A stretch of 64,000 bases of DNA from Candidatus Omnitrophota bacterium. GTDB lineage: Bacteria > Omnitrophota > Gorgyraeia > Zapsychrales > JANLHA01. The DNA lies in the NCBI GenBank assembly GCA_022711395.1, contig JAKLFA010000004.1, positions 6,361 to 70,360 of the forward strand, given 5' to 3'. The notes under the pieces were generated by a model. That model was not told the origin of the DNA, made no database searches, and saw nothing but the letters and a program-made list of their open reading frames with translations. The position numbers were made by a program, and so were the translations under genes. Below, piece by piece: positions 28,200 to 38,696 of the stretch (positions within the stretch are counted from its first letter, which is position 1; each line of letters begins with the position of its first letter).

Positions 28200-29269
28200 A
28201 TCACTCCCAAGACCGTCTCAGCCAACCGTTGCTGGGAAGCGCGCGCCGCCTCTGCCCAGTCAACCTCAGAGGGGCCCTCCTTCTTTGCGATGTCAGCCAG
28301 CTCAAGGACCTGAACTTTTAAATGATCCGCGGTCAAATGCTTTTCCTCGATCATGACCGCCCTGCCCATCTTTGTCAAAACAGAGGCGTTCGCTTTCTGA
28401 TGATCGCCTGCATAAGGATAAGGAACGAGCACCACCGGAACATTAAGCAATAGAAGTTCCTGAACTGTCCCGGCTCCGGCCCTGGCGATCACCAGGTCAG
28501 CGCATCCGTAAAGATCCCCCATCTGATCGTAATACGAAAACACCGCGTGCGGAACGTCGATCTTCTGATAGACGGCCTTCACGATCTCGGCATCCGCCTC
28601 ACCCGCCAAATGAATCACCTGAAAGGACAGTTTCTGGCCCAAACGTTGCGCCGCCTCAATGAACGCAGTGTTCAACGCGCGGCTGCCTTGACTGCCCCCG
28701 CAGACAAGGATCGTCATACGCTTAGGATCAAGATGATGCTTACGAAAAAAATCTTCCTTTACGATCCGCGGCTGCAAATCCCGCAAAGGATAACCCGTAA
28801 ACACCGTCTTGCGGGAAGAAAAATACGCCTGACTCTCGCTGAAACTGATGGCGACCTTCCGGGCAAATCCGGCCAGCCAGCGGTTCGCTTTCCCCGGGAC
28901 AACGTTCTGTTCATGGATCACCGACGGGATACGAAGCACCCATGCCGCCAGAATGACCGGAAATGATGAATACCCCCCGAATCCGACCACGGCCTGGGGC
29001 CTCAAACGCGACAGAATGCCGACCGACCGAATGAAAGCGGCGCCCATCTTCCAGGCCCAGCCGCACATTTGGAATAAAGACCGTGTCTGCAGGCCGTCCA
29101 CATCCAGCGGAAATTCTGCAAAACCACGGGTGCGGATCACTTCAGCGTATTTCCTTAATTTCCCGACAACGCACACCTCTGCCGAGTATTCCGCCCGTAA
29201 ATATTCAGCCAAATTTAACGCCGGAAGGATATGCCCTCCGGTCCCTCCCGAAGCGATCACAACCTTCAT
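28196..29269 (-). CDS. murG: UDP-N-acetylglucosamine--N-acetylmuramyl-(pentapeptide) pyrophosphoryl-undecaprenol N-acetylglucosamine transferase
   Basis: 357 aa. ASGGTGGHILPAL N-terminal motif. Confidence 0.9.
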   Translation of the reverse strand: MKVVIASGGTGGHILPALNLAEYLRAEYSAEVCVVGKLRKYAEVIRTRGFAEFPLDVDGLQTRSLFQMCGWAWKMGAAFIRSVGILSRLRPQAVVGFGGYSSFPVILAAWVLRIPSVIHEQNVVPGKANRWLAGFARKVAISFSESQAYFSSRKTVFTGYPLRDLQPRIVKEDFFRKHHLDPKRMTILVCGGSQGSRALNTAFIEAAQRLGQKLSFQVIHLAGEADAEIVKAVYQKIDVPHAVFSYYDQMGDLYGCADLVIARAGAGTVQELLLLNVPVVLVPYPYAGDHQKANASVLTKMGRAVMIEEKHLTADHLKVQVLELADIAKKEGPSEVDWAEAARASQQRLAETVLGVI

Positions 29270-29274
29270 AACTG

Positions 29275-30369
29275 TTAACTTTCCAGATCAGAGATCCTTG
29301 AAATGTTTAAAAGCAAACCGACCATCATCATATTGACCACCAGCGCCGAACCGCCGTAACTGATGAACGGCAGCGGCAACCCCTTCGTCGGCAGCGCTCC
29401 TATGCTCACGCCGATATTGACCATCGCTTGCAGACCGATCATCAACACGATCCCGATGGCAAGAAAATAACCGAATTCATCATTCACCCGTTTGGCGATT
29501 CTCGCTCCCTGCAGGATCAGCGCCGTAAAAAGGAGAATGATCACGAATGCGCCAATAAACCCGAACTCTTCACCGATGATCGACAAAATAAAATCCGTGT
29601 GCGCGGCCGGAAGATAAAACAGTTTCTGCATGCTTTTTCCTGGGCCGACGCCAAAAACACCTCCGCTACCAAAAGCGATCTGGGACTGGGTCAATTGAAA
29701 TCCCGTTCCCATGGGGTCTTTCCAGGGATCTAGAAACCCAACGATCCGCCGCCAACGGTACGGGACGCGGTAAATAAGAAAATAAAACGCCGGTATGAAC
29801 AGCAGTCCAAGCCAGGCGATCTGCTGGAATCGGGCGCCGGCGATGAATGCCATGATCAAAACGACCGATGCGATCAACACCGTACTCCCGAGATCCGGCT
29901 GCTTCATGATCAGCACGGAGATCACACCCACGACCAGAAGGATCGGCAGAAGCCCTTTTTCAAAACTTACGATCGCGCTTTTTTTACGTGCCAAAAAATC
30001 CGCCACATAGATGATCGCGGCCAGCTTCATGAACTCCGAAGGCTGGATATTGATCGGCCCCAGGCGAATCCAGCGTTGCGCCCCAAAAGTGGAGCGCCCC
30101 AACCCGGGCAGAAGGACCATGACCAGCCCAAGAATCCCGCACAACAACAAAACCTTCGAATGGGCTTGAAGATGACGATAATCGATCATCATCATCAAAA
30201 ACATCAAGACCGTCCCGGCAGCCAGAAAGACCATATGCCGTTTTAAAAAATACAAACTGTCACCCAGTTCCTGCATCGCGTAAACTCCGCTGGAACTATA
30301 GATCATCAGGATCCCGATAAAGATCAACGTGATCACGATAACAGCGATGGATATGCGGATCGATCTCAT
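29275..30369 (-). CDS. ftsW: FtsW/RodA (SEDS) family lipid II polymerase/flippase
   Basis: 364 aa. 10 TM helices. SEDS-family motifs. dcw context. Confidence 0.85.
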   Translation of the reverse strand: MRSIRISIAVIVITLIFIGILMIYSSSGVYAMQELGDSLYFLKRHMVFLAAGTVLMFLMMMIDYRHLQAHSKVLLLCGILGLVMVLLPGLGRSTFGAQRWIRLGPINIQPSEFMKLAAIIYVADFLARKKSAIVSFEKGLLPILLVVGVISVLIMKQPDLGSTVLIASVVLIMAFIAGARFQQIAWLGLLFIPAFYFLIYRVPYRWRRIVGFLDPWKDPMGTGFQLTQSQIAFGSGGVFGVGPGKSMQKLFYLPAAHTDFILSIIGEEFGFIGAFVIILLFTALILQGARIAKRVNDEFGYFLAIGIVLMIGLQAMVNIGVSIGALPTKGLPLPFISYGGSALVVNMMMVGLLLNISRISDLES

Positions 30370-30372
30370 AGG

Positions 30373-31626
30373 TTATAGCCCACCGACTATTCTTTTGAAT
30401 TCTCTTCCGCGATGTTCAAAATTATCGAACATATCAAAACTCGCGCACATCGGGCTTAAAAGCACGCAGTCCCCGCTCTTGGCCTTTGACTTCGCCTTTC
30501 TGATCGCCTCTTCAAAATCATTCGACAAGCTCACTCCCACGATCTTCTGAAACGTATTCTGGACCTTTAAGCCGGCCTCACCGATCGCAATGATATGCTT
30601 GACCTTCTCGCGGGCAAGATCATTCAAAACTGAAAAATCAATACCCTTATCCCGGCCGCCGCAGATCCATATGATCGGACGGTCCATACGGTTTAAAGCC
30701 CAGCGGCTCGCTTCAGCCGTGGTGGATTTCGAATCATTAATGAAGTCAACACCGTCGATGGACCTGACATATTCCAGCCGGTGCTCCAGCCCGCGGAAAT
30801 CCTTGAACACCCCTTCACATACGGACTGATCGATACCCAAGGCTCCCGCTACTGCGCAAACCGCCGAAAAATTTGGGTTCCGGTCAGAAGCTTCATCCTG
30901 CCGAGGGAACCACACCACCTTGCTTTTCAGCTGAGCGGCAAAACCCCTTGAATATTCACAATGACGGTTTAACACGGCATGATCATCCGGCGTTTGATTC
31001 TCAAAGATCCGTTTCTTCATGGTCAGGTATTCTTCAAAATCTTTATGCCGGTCCAAATGGTTTTGCGAGATGTTTAAAAATACCGCCACCCTCGGCCGGA
31101 AAAATTCAATGGTCTCAAGCTGGAAGGAACTCACCTCAAGGACAACCCAGCTTTGCGGATTCAAGCTCGGGATGTATTCGCTCAGAGGCGTTCCGATATT
31201 GCCGCATAGATATGCGTCCCGTCCAGCGGCCTTTAGAACGCGGGCGATCAAGGTGGAAACCGTGCTCTTGCCGTTGCTCCCGGTAATAGCAACGATCGGT
31301 GTTGGACAGAACCGGTAAGCAAATTCCATTTCTCCGAGCACAGGCACCCTTTCCTGGCGGGCCCAATTCAACAGCGGCGCATTCACAGGGACGCCGGGAC
31401 TGATGACCAAAAGGTCGCTTCCCTTAGCGAACTCGCTGCTATGACCTCCATACTCCGCCTCAAGATTCCTTTTTTCGATCCATGCCCTCACCTCCGGTGA
31501 AAGCTGGTCTTTGGTCCGTTTGTCCGAAACACGGACCCGGGCCCCTTTTAATAGCGCCAAGTCTGCAGCGGCCTGACCGCTTTTGGCCAGACCGACGACG
31601 GTAATCAGCTTGTTTTGAATATCCAT
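30373..31626 (-). CDS. murD: UDP-N-acetylmuramoylalanine--D-glutamate ligase
   Basis: 417 aa Mur ligase with the GSNGKST P-loop. Confidence 0.9.
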   Translation of the reverse strand: MDIQNKLITVVGLAKSGQAAADLALLKGARVRVSDKRTKDQLSPEVRAWIEKRNLEAEYGGHSSEFAKGSDLLVISPGVPVNAPLLNWARQERVPVLGEMEFAYRFCPTPIVAITGSNGKSTVSTLIARVLKAAGRDAYLCGNIGTPLSEYIPSLNPQSWVVLEVSSFQLETIEFFRPRVAVFLNISQNHLDRHKDFEEYLTMKKRIFENQTPDDHAVLNRHCEYSRGFAAQLKSKVVWFPRQDEASDRNPNFSAVCAVAGALGIDQSVCEGVFKDFRGLEHRLEYVRSIDGVDFINDSKSTTAEASRWALNRMDRPIIWICGGRDKGIDFSVLNDLAREKVKHIIAIGEAGLKVQNTFQKIVGVSLSNDFEEAIRKAKSKAKSGDCVLLSPMCASFDMFDNFEHRGREFKRIVGGL

Positions 31627-32711
31627 TAACGTATCTTTAATGTCATAAGGGTTATAACTGCCAGGATAATATTAATGATCCAAAAGCGGACAATGATCTT
31701 CGCCTCGCTCCATCCCGATAGCTGCAGATGATGGTGGAACGGCGCCATTTTGAAGATCCTCTTTTTTCTGAGCTTGAACGATCCGACCTGCAGGATCACA
31801 GACAGGGCCTCAATAACGAACACTCCTCCCAAAAGGATCAGAAGCAGTTCCTTTTTGATCAGGATCGAGATCAGCGCGATTGTTCCTCCCAATGATAAAG
31901 ACCCGGTGTCCCCCATAAAGATCGACGCCGGATAACAATTGAACCATAAAAATCCCAAACACGCTCCCACCATCGCCGCCGCGAAGACCGTCAATTCAGC
32001 CGCCTGGGGTATGAACGGGATAAAAAGGTACTCGCTAAAGTTGGCGTGACCGGTGACATAACAAAGAATCGCCAACGTCAAGGCGACGATCAGGATGCAG
32101 CCAACAGCCAAGCCGTCCAGGCCGTCGGTCAGATTGACCGCGTTGGTAGAGCCGATCACGATAAAGGCCACAAGCAGAATATAAAAAAGCCCGATGTCTA
32201 AAAGAATGTCTTTAAAAAACGGAATGTCCAGTTTTGTCGAGACCCCGGGACTGAAAAAAACATAGGACCCGATAAACCCCGCCAGCAAGAGCTGCCATAA
32301 AAATTTCGCCTTCGCTGTTAAACCCCTGGTTTTGGGGCGCGTCAGCTTCACATAATCATCAATACCACCCAGGACTGCCAGATACAGGCATGTTCCAAAG
32401 GTGAGCAGAATGAAGCGATTGCTCAGGTCAGCCCAGAGAAAGACCGACAACAAAATGCTGCCAATGATAAAAACCCCTCCCATGGTGGGGACATCCTGCT
32501 TTCCGGATGAGAACTGATGCAAACTCGGACAGTCATCACGCAACGCGCGTTCTTTGATCTTCTTTTCCTTTAAAAAACGGGTCACGGCCGGCCCAAACAC
32601 CATGCATAACAAAAACGTCGTCAGAGCCGCCATAGCCGCACGGAAGGTAATATATTTAAGGACATTGAAACCGAAGAAAAAATCTTTGAATTGTGAAAGA
32701 TAATAAAACAT
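31626..32711 (-). CDS. mraY: Phospho-N-acetylmuramoyl-pentapeptide-transferase
   Basis: 361 aa. MraY motifs (NAVNLTDGLDGL and PFHHH). Confidence 0.9.
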   Translation of the reverse strand: MFYYLSQFKDFFFGFNVLKYITFRAAMAALTTFLLCMVFGPAVTRFLKEKKIKERALRDDCPSLHQFSSGKQDVPTMGGVFIIGSILLSVFLWADLSNRFILLTFGTCLYLAVLGGIDDYVKLTRPKTRGLTAKAKFLWQLLLAGFIGSYVFFSPGVSTKLDIPFFKDILLDIGLFYILLVAFIVIGSTNAVNLTDGLDGLAVGCILIVALTLAILCYVTGHANFSEYLFIPFIPQAAELTVFAAAMVGACLGFLWFNCYPASIFMGDTGSLSLGGTIALISILIKKELLLILLGGVFVIEALSVILQVGSFKLRKKRIFKMAPFHHHLQLSGWSEAKIIVRFWIINIILAVITLMTLKIR

Positions 32712-32724
32712 CCTCTGCCCTTTA

Positions 32725-34095
32725 TTAGACTCTTGATTTTAAATATGCAACTACCCGCTCCATTTTCATTGAACGGGATCCTTTGATAAGAACAACGTCT
32801 CCCTTAGCACACAAGGAAGACAACGCCCTCCCGATATCTGAGACCCTGCTGTAATGCTTCACGCGGCTGTTGGGAGATCTGTGTTTCTCAAATACTGAAG
32901 CCATAAACCGCATATATGCCCCATGCGCCAAGACCACATCGATCTGGCATTGCGCCAAGAATTCCCCGAGTTCTTCGTGGAGTTTTCGGCTCATGTCGCC
33001 CAATTCCAGCATGTCGGCGCATACCGCTATACGCTTTCCCTTAACCGGTATCGCGGCCAACGTTCGAACAGCGCTTTTAAATGAAAGCGGATTGGCATTA
33101 TACGTGTCATTGATTACCGTGATCCCTCTGACACGCTCGATATCCTGGCGCGCGTTCGAAAACCGGAACTTCTCAAGGCTTTTTAAAATCTGATCTGACG
33201 GCAGCCCCAGGAGCCGGCCGCAGGCGATCGCGGCCAAGGCGTTTTTCATATTCTCAACAACCGGAGTATGAAGTCTAAGCTTGAGCGAACGGTTGACCGT
33301 CCCCTCAAAAATACAGCGCTTATTCAAAAAGCATGATTTTAATTGTATACCGCTTTGGGGATTTGTTCCATAACTTAACGCACGAATTTCCTTGCGGCTT
33401 TTGAGCTTTCTTAAATAAGGATCGTCTTCGTTGAAGACCACACAGCCTTTCTTCACCAGAAATTTCAGAAGGCTTGTTTTTTCCTTATAAACCGCTTCGA
33501 TAGACCCCAGACCCTTTAAATGGGCCGGACCGATATTAGTAAACACTGCCATGGTGGGGCGCACGATATCGGCCAGATAGGCGATCTCACCGGGAAAATT
33601 GGTCCCGATCTCGATCACCGCCGCCTGATGATGGGCCCGTAAATTCAATAACGTTAAAGGCACCCCCCATTGATTATTGAATGAGGCGTGATTTTTCAGG
33701 ACGCGATAACGCGCGGATAAGACCTGCGCGATGAGTTCTTTGGTTGTTGTTTTTCCGGCTGAACCCGTGATAGCAATCACCGGAATACGAAAACGGCTGC
33801 GATAGACCTTAGCGATCGCCCCCAGGCTTTTCGTTGTATCCTGAACCAAAAGAACAGGAACATCTTCCGGGATCCCCTTCAACGACGGCCGAGAGACAAT
33901 CAGCAGGCCCGCTTTTTTTTCAAGTGCCTTAAAAATAAAATCATGCCCGTCCTGGTAAATACCTTGAATGGCGACATACGCCTCCCCTTTGCGCAATGAA
34001 CGGGTATCGATCGAGATCCCCTTGATCTTGCCGCATGAGCATCCGTTAATAAGCTTGCCCCGGGTGATCTTTTGGATCTCTTTGATCGTGAACAT
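32725..34095 (-). CDS. murF: UDP-N-acetylmuramoyl-tripeptide--D-alanyl-D-alanine ligase
   Basis: Mur ligase with the GSAGKTTTKE P-loop. Start set at the Met at 34095 (MFTIKEIQ...) to avoid a 53-bp overlap with murE. The longest ORF runs to 34152. Confidence 0.85.
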   Translation of the reverse strand: MFTIKEIQKITRGKLINGCSCGKIKGISIDTRSLRKGEAYVAIQGIYQDGHDFIFKALEKKAGLLIVSRPSLKGIPEDVPVLLVQDTTKSLGAIAKVYRSRFRIPVIAITGSAGKTTTKELIAQVLSARYRVLKNHASFNNQWGVPLTLLNLRAHHQAAVIEIGTNFPGEIAYLADIVRPTMAVFTNIGPAHLKGLGSIEAVYKEKTSLLKFLVKKGCVVFNEDDPYLRKLKSRKEIRALSYGTNPQSGIQLKSCFLNKRCIFEGTVNRSLKLRLHTPVVENMKNALAAIACGRLLGLPSDQILKSLEKFRFSNARQDIERVRGITVINDTYNANPLSFKSAVRTLAAIPVKGKRIAVCADMLELGDMSRKLHEELGEFLAQCQIDVVLAHGAYMRFMASVFEKHRSPNSRVKHYSRVSDIGRALSSLCAKGDVVLIKGSRSMKMERVVAYLKSRV

Positions 34096-34099
34096 GCCT

Positions 34100-35563
34100 T
34101 TATCCTTGTCTGCCGTGAGATAAGATCTGACGGGCGATTTGCCTGTCGTCAAAATGAATGGTGCGATCCTTGAAAATCTGATAATCCTCGTGTCCTTTGC
34201 CAGCGATCAGGACCACATCTCCGGTGCTGGCCATCTTAAAAGCCTGCTCGATCGCTTCAACGCGGTCCAAAATCACTTCATACCTATCCCCTGAAAATCC
34301 CCGAACCACTTCTTCAGCGATCGTCTCTGGATTTTCGCTACGGGGATTATCATTGGTCACAATCGCCCAGTCAGAAAGCTCACCAACAACACGGGCCATC
34401 TTGGGACGCTTGGTCCGGTCACGGTCTCCACCGCAACCAAACACGGTGATGATCCGTGACGATGCTAATCCCTTCAAATTCGATAAAACATTCCAGAGGG
34501 CGTCCTCCGTGTGAGCATAATCCACAAACACATGTAGGCCATGCCCATTCTCGATCCTCTCCAAACGTCCCGGAACCAGGTCCAGGGCAAGAACCCCTTG
34601 TTGAATATCCTTCAGGTCAAGGCCCTGATGGTATGCCACGGCCACGGCTGACATAATATTGGAAACATTATGCCTGCCGATAAGGCGCGTTCTAAATTCA
34701 GCTTTTCCGAAAGGACCCCGCAAAAGAAATCGCGTTCCGTCAAGGCCGATATCACAGGACAGGACTGACAGGTCCGCGTCCTGATCAAACCCATAGGTCA
34801 TCCGCGGGAACGGACACAGATCAACGATCCGCTTGCCGAAAGGATCATCCACATTGATCACGGCATGTTCAATGTTCACGCCTCCGTCAAAAAATTTGGC
34901 CTTTGCCTGAAAGTACTCCTCTTGAGTGTGATGATAATCCAGATGATCACTGGTCAAATTTGTGAAGACCGCATCCGTAAAGCGCAGGCCGGCCACACGC
35001 TGCTGGACCAAAGCATGCGACGAAACCTCCATGGCGCACGCCTGAACTTTCGCATCCGCCATGGAACGCAAAATACGGTAATTATCCGCAAGCCCGGGCG
35101 TCGTGTTCTTGGACGCAATAATGTGGTCATGATAGCGGTAATTGACCGTTCCGATCACGCCATAGGTTTTCCCGGCCCCGCAAAAAATGGATTCCAAAAG
35201 ATAGGTGATGGTCGTCTTGCCATTGGTTCCCGTAATCCCAGTCAGCAGCATGTCATCCGACGGAAGGTTATAAAAACGCTGCAAGAGCAGAACAAAGGTC
35301 CGAAAAACATCCTCAACTTCAATGGTCCTCTCCAACGGAACGCCCGCGCTGGACCCTCTCTGGACAACGGCGCAGCAGGCCCCCCTTCCTAAAGCATCCT
35401 GAACGAACCGCTCTCCGCTTGCTGTCGCGCCCTGGACCGCCACAAAGACGCTTTGCGGCGTCACCTGGCGTGAATCACAAAATATCCCGGACACAACCGT
35501 GCCACGGCTGTTTTCAGCGTGCTGAGCGTCTGCGATATCCAAAAAAAGTTCGTCTAACGTCAT
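34100..35563 (-). CDS. murE: UDP-N-acetylmuramoyl-L-alanyl-D-glutamate--2,6-diaminopimelate ligase
   Basis: 487 aa. GTNGKTT P-loop and the DNPR motif typical of meso-DAP-adding MurE. Confidence 0.9.
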   Translation of the reverse strand: MTLDELFLDIADAQHAENSRGTVVSGIFCDSRQVTPQSVFVAVQGATASGERFVQDALGRGACCAVVQRGSSAGVPLERTIEVEDVFRTFVLLLQRFYNLPSDDMLLTGITGTNGKTTITYLLESIFCGAGKTYGVIGTVNYRYHDHIIASKNTTPGLADNYRILRSMADAKVQACAMEVSSHALVQQRVAGLRFTDAVFTNLTSDHLDYHHTQEEYFQAKAKFFDGGVNIEHAVINVDDPFGKRIVDLCPFPRMTYGFDQDADLSVLSCDIGLDGTRFLLRGPFGKAEFRTRLIGRHNVSNIMSAVAVAYHQGLDLKDIQQGVLALDLVPGRLERIENGHGLHVFVDYAHTEDALWNVLSNLKGLASSRIITVFGCGGDRDRTKRPKMARVVGELSDWAIVTNDNPRSENPETIAEEVVRGFSGDRYEVILDRVEAIEQAFKMASTGDVVLIAGKGHEDYQIFKDRTIHFDDRQIARQILSHGRQG

Positions 35564-35564
35564 T

Positions 35565-37250
35565 TTATAAACCCTGTTCGATTGCCTCGATATATTTCAA
35601 GGCATCCACGGCGACCTCCTGAAAAACAGGCGCGGCCACAGTTCCGCCGAAATAACTCGGATGCGGTTCATCAAACATAACAACCACCGCGATTTTAGGG
35701 TCTTCCACGGGTGCGAATCCGATGAACGACGCGAAATACTTATCATGGGAGTACTGGCCGCCCACAACTTTCTGGGATGTTCCGGTCTTCCCCGCGACGG
35801 ATACCCCCTTAATGCGGGCCCTTTTTCCCGTCCCGCTCTCCACCGCGCCCTGCAAGATCTTTTTCAATCTCTCGCAGGTTTCCGGCGTCATGACCCGGTC
35901 AATGGCCTCAGGCTGGAATTCCCGGATCACCATTTCTTTGTGGTCCGTGATGTATTTTACCACAAAGGGCTTCATGTAAACGCCCCCATTGGCGACAGCT
36001 GACATGGCGCACACCAGCTGCAACGGTGTTACGGTAACCTCATGCCCGATCGGCAAGGCGCCGATCGTCGTAGCCGACCAGCGGGAAGGATGCTTCAAAA
36101 CACCGCCGACCTCACCCTTAAGGTCAATACCGGTAAGCTGACCAAACCGAAACCGTTGAGCATATTTATAAAAAACTTCTGCTCCCATTTTTTGAGCGAC
36201 TTTCGTGGTCCCGATATTGCTTGACTGCTCGATCACTTGCCTGAATGACAATTTTCCGTGCGATCCATGATCATGAAGAATATGATTCCCAACTTTATAG
36301 GTTCCATTTTCGCAAAAGATCACATCCTCTTCCTTAAAGACATTCTCCTCCAGCGCAGCGGTAGCGGCCACGATCTTAAAAACCGAGCCCGGTTCATAAA
36401 CATGGGCAATGGCTCTATTGGTCCGACTGGCTTCATCCGATCCTCCGGGATTGCTCAATTCATACGTGGGGCGGTTCGCCAAAGCAAGGATCTCTCCCGT
36501 CTTTGGATTCATCACAATGATCGTGGCAGAAAGGGCCTTGTGCTGTGCAAAAGCCTTGTCCAAAGCCTCTTCAGCAATGAATTGAATCGTCTCATCAAGC
36601 GTTAGGACGATGTGGAATCCATCCTTGGGCGGTATAAATCCCAGATCCATCATCAGATCCCGCTGCCGGGCATCCCTCACGATCTTCATCCAGCCGCTTT
36701 CACCCCTTAAATATTCATCGAACTGAAGCTCCAGACCCTCCAGACCGTGCCCATCGATCCCAGCGAAACCGATCACATGCGCCGCCAAGTAATTGTTCGG
36801 ATAATGCCGTTTGCTCTCCCGAATGAAACCCAGGCCATTAATCTTGAGGGCCCGGATCTCCTCGCTTACGGAAAGAGGCATCTTGCGCTGGATCCAAACA
36901 AAAAATTTATCTCTTGATAGGCGTTCTTTAAGAAATGCCGGCGGGAGCCCAAGGACCCGTGGAAGTTCCGCGATCGCCTTTTTTTTGTCGTCCTCGGACA
37001 TCTGACGTGGATTCGCGTAAAGAGAATAGGCCGCGATGTTCAAGGCCAAAGGACGCCCCTTGCGGTCATAGATCGTTCCGCGGATCGGTTCAATTTCAAT
37101 GGAATGATTGTGCTGACGCTTCGCTAATTTTTCGAGGTGTTGAGAACGGAAGATTTGGATAAAAACAAGACGGAACGAAAAAAAGGCAAGGGCAAAAATG
37201 ATAGACAGAACGACTGAAATAAACCGTAACGAGTTTCTTCTAATATACAC
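35565..37250 (-). CDS. ftsI: Penicillin-binding protein (FtsI/PBP3-type transpeptidase)
   Basis: 561 aa. N-terminal TM helix. SxxK (GSVFK), SSN and KTGT motifs. Confidence 0.85.
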   Translation of the reverse strand: MYIRRNSLRFISVVLSIIFALAFFSFRLVFIQIFRSQHLEKLAKRQHNHSIEIEPIRGTIYDRKGRPLALNIAAYSLYANPRQMSEDDKKKAIAELPRVLGLPPAFLKERLSRDKFFVWIQRKMPLSVSEEIRALKINGLGFIRESKRHYPNNYLAAHVIGFAGIDGHGLEGLELQFDEYLRGESGWMKIVRDARQRDLMMDLGFIPPKDGFHIVLTLDETIQFIAEEALDKAFAQHKALSATIIVMNPKTGEILALANRPTYELSNPGGSDEASRTNRAIAHVYEPGSVFKIVAATAALEENVFKEEDVIFCENGTYKVGNHILHDHGSHGKLSFRQVIEQSSNIGTTKVAQKMGAEVFYKYAQRFRFGQLTGIDLKGEVGGVLKHPSRWSATTIGALPIGHEVTVTPLQLVCAMSAVANGGVYMKPFVVKYITDHKEMVIREFQPEAIDRVMTPETCERLKKILQGAVESGTGKRARIKGVSVAGKTGTSQKVVGGQYSHDKYFASFIGFAPVEDPKIAVVVMFDEPHPSYFGGTVAAPVFQEVAVDALKYIEAIEQGL

Positions 37251-37331
37251 GTCTTGCTCTTGCTATTAGAGGTGGTTAAGGATATTGAAAAATTTTGCAT
37301 AACCCGGCGCGGATTGGGCATCCCGTTTATT

Positions 37332-37733
37332 TTACCTGTACCAGGGTTTCAACGGACGGTGCTCCGCAGCGCGAGCCTCTGCTTGGGCCCGGAATGAAAG
37401 CAATTTCAACAACGGGTTGGTCTTTTCGCTTACGGCCAGCTGCTGGGCCTGAGGATCTTCAAGACGGTCTGTTTTTAGGCGCACGACGCTGGTCTGGTCA
37501 TAAAACTTCAATGTTCGGTCTTGTTTCAGAACCTTCCGCCCCAGATGACTGGCCGATTTCAGTTCCAAAATATCATACGCGACCGCCCCATTGTTCTCTT
37601 TTAATTGCGTGATCTTCTGCTCTCTCTTTTTTCCTTCATACGCCAAAGAGAAAATCCTCATCTGCATGTGCACATAGATCATCGCTACCAATGTGACCAC
37701 AAACATAAACTGAATGAATTTCATCAATTTCAT
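37332..37733 (-). CDS. FtsL-like cell division protein (bitopic membrane protein with coiled coil)
   Basis: 133 aa. N-terminal TM helix followed by a short coiled-coil region. Sits between rsmH and ftsI, as ftsL does in dcw clusters. Confidence 0.5.
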   Translation of the reverse strand: MKLMKFIQFMFVVTLVAMIYVHMQMRIFSLAYEGKKREQKITQLKENNGAVAYDILELKSASHLGRKVLKQDRTLKFYDQTSVVRLKTDRLEDPQAQQLAVSEKTNPLLKLLSFRAQAEARAAEHRPLKPWYR

Positions 37734-37736
37734 GAC

Positions 37737-38672
37737 CTATTCCTCCTCGCGTTCAGCGATACGCAAACGTGCACTTCTGGCCCGAAAATTGTGTAGCGTT
37801 TCTTCATCATTCGGACGAAATGGCTTTTTTGTTATCACATTCAAAAGCCCGTCTTTGGCCATCTGACGGAACTTGTGTTTTACGATCCGGTCTTCCAATG
37901 AATGGAACGAAATAACACAGATCCTTCCGCCGGGCGCCAAACGCCTGACACAATGGTCCAATGCCATCTCCAAACTTTCCAACTCGCGATTGACCGCAAT
38001 ACGAAACGCCTGAAAGGTGCGCGTTGCAGGATGGATCTTCTGGTGGCGGTTGTGAGCAGGGATCGCACGCAGGACGGCATGACTCAGTTCCCGTGTGGTC
38101 TCAATAGGATGCTTTGCGCGTTCCTCGACCAAAAACCGAGCAATGCGATAATGCCAACGTTCTTCCCCGTACTTCTTTAATATAATCGCCAGTTCTCGTT
38201 CAGACAACGAGTTGACTAAATCGTATGCTGAAATAAAATTTTCCTGATCCATGCGCATATCAAGCGGACCGTTCAAACGAATCGAAAACCCACGATCCGG
38301 ATTATCCAACTGAAAACTGGAAATCCCCAGGTCCAGTAAAACGCCATTCACCTTATCCACGTTTAAATCACTCAGGATCTGCTCAATATACCTGAAATCA
38401 CTGTGAATGAAACTCTTTTTTACAAAAAATTCGCTCAGATTTTTTTCCGCTAAAGATAATGATGAAGAATCTCGATCGATGCCGATGAGCCAGCCCTCGG
38501 GACCTAGAATTTTCGCCGCCTCACTCGCGTGACCGGCCAAACCCAACGTTCCATCGACGAGCACATCCCCCGGCTTCAGGTTCAATCCTTCCAGAACCTC
38601 TTTGCTCATGACCGGAATATGTGTTTGTTCTTGGGACATGGTCAATGATATGTTTTCAACTGTGCTAACCAA
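37737..38672 (-). CDS. rsmH: 16S rRNA (cytosine1402-N4)-methyltransferase
   Basis: 311 aa. RsmH/MraW motifs (VDGTLGLAGH, LLDLGISS). Confidence 0.9.
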   Translation of the reverse strand: MVSTVENISLTMSQEQTHIPVMSKEVLEGLNLKPGDVLVDGTLGLAGHASEAAKILGPEGWLIGIDRDSSSLSLAEKNLSEFFVKKSFIHSDFRYIEQILSDLNVDKVNGVLLDLGISSFQLDNPDRGFSIRLNGPLDMRMDQENFISAYDLVNSLSERELAIILKKYGEERWHYRIARFLVEERAKHPIETTRELSHAVLRAIPAHNRHQKIHPATRTFQAFRIAVNRELESLEMALDHCVRRLAPGGRICVISFHSLEDRIVKHKFRQMAKDGLLNVITKKPFRPNDEETLHNFRARSARLRIAEREEE

Positions 38673-38696
38673 TTTTGCTCCTGCTGAAACAACGTG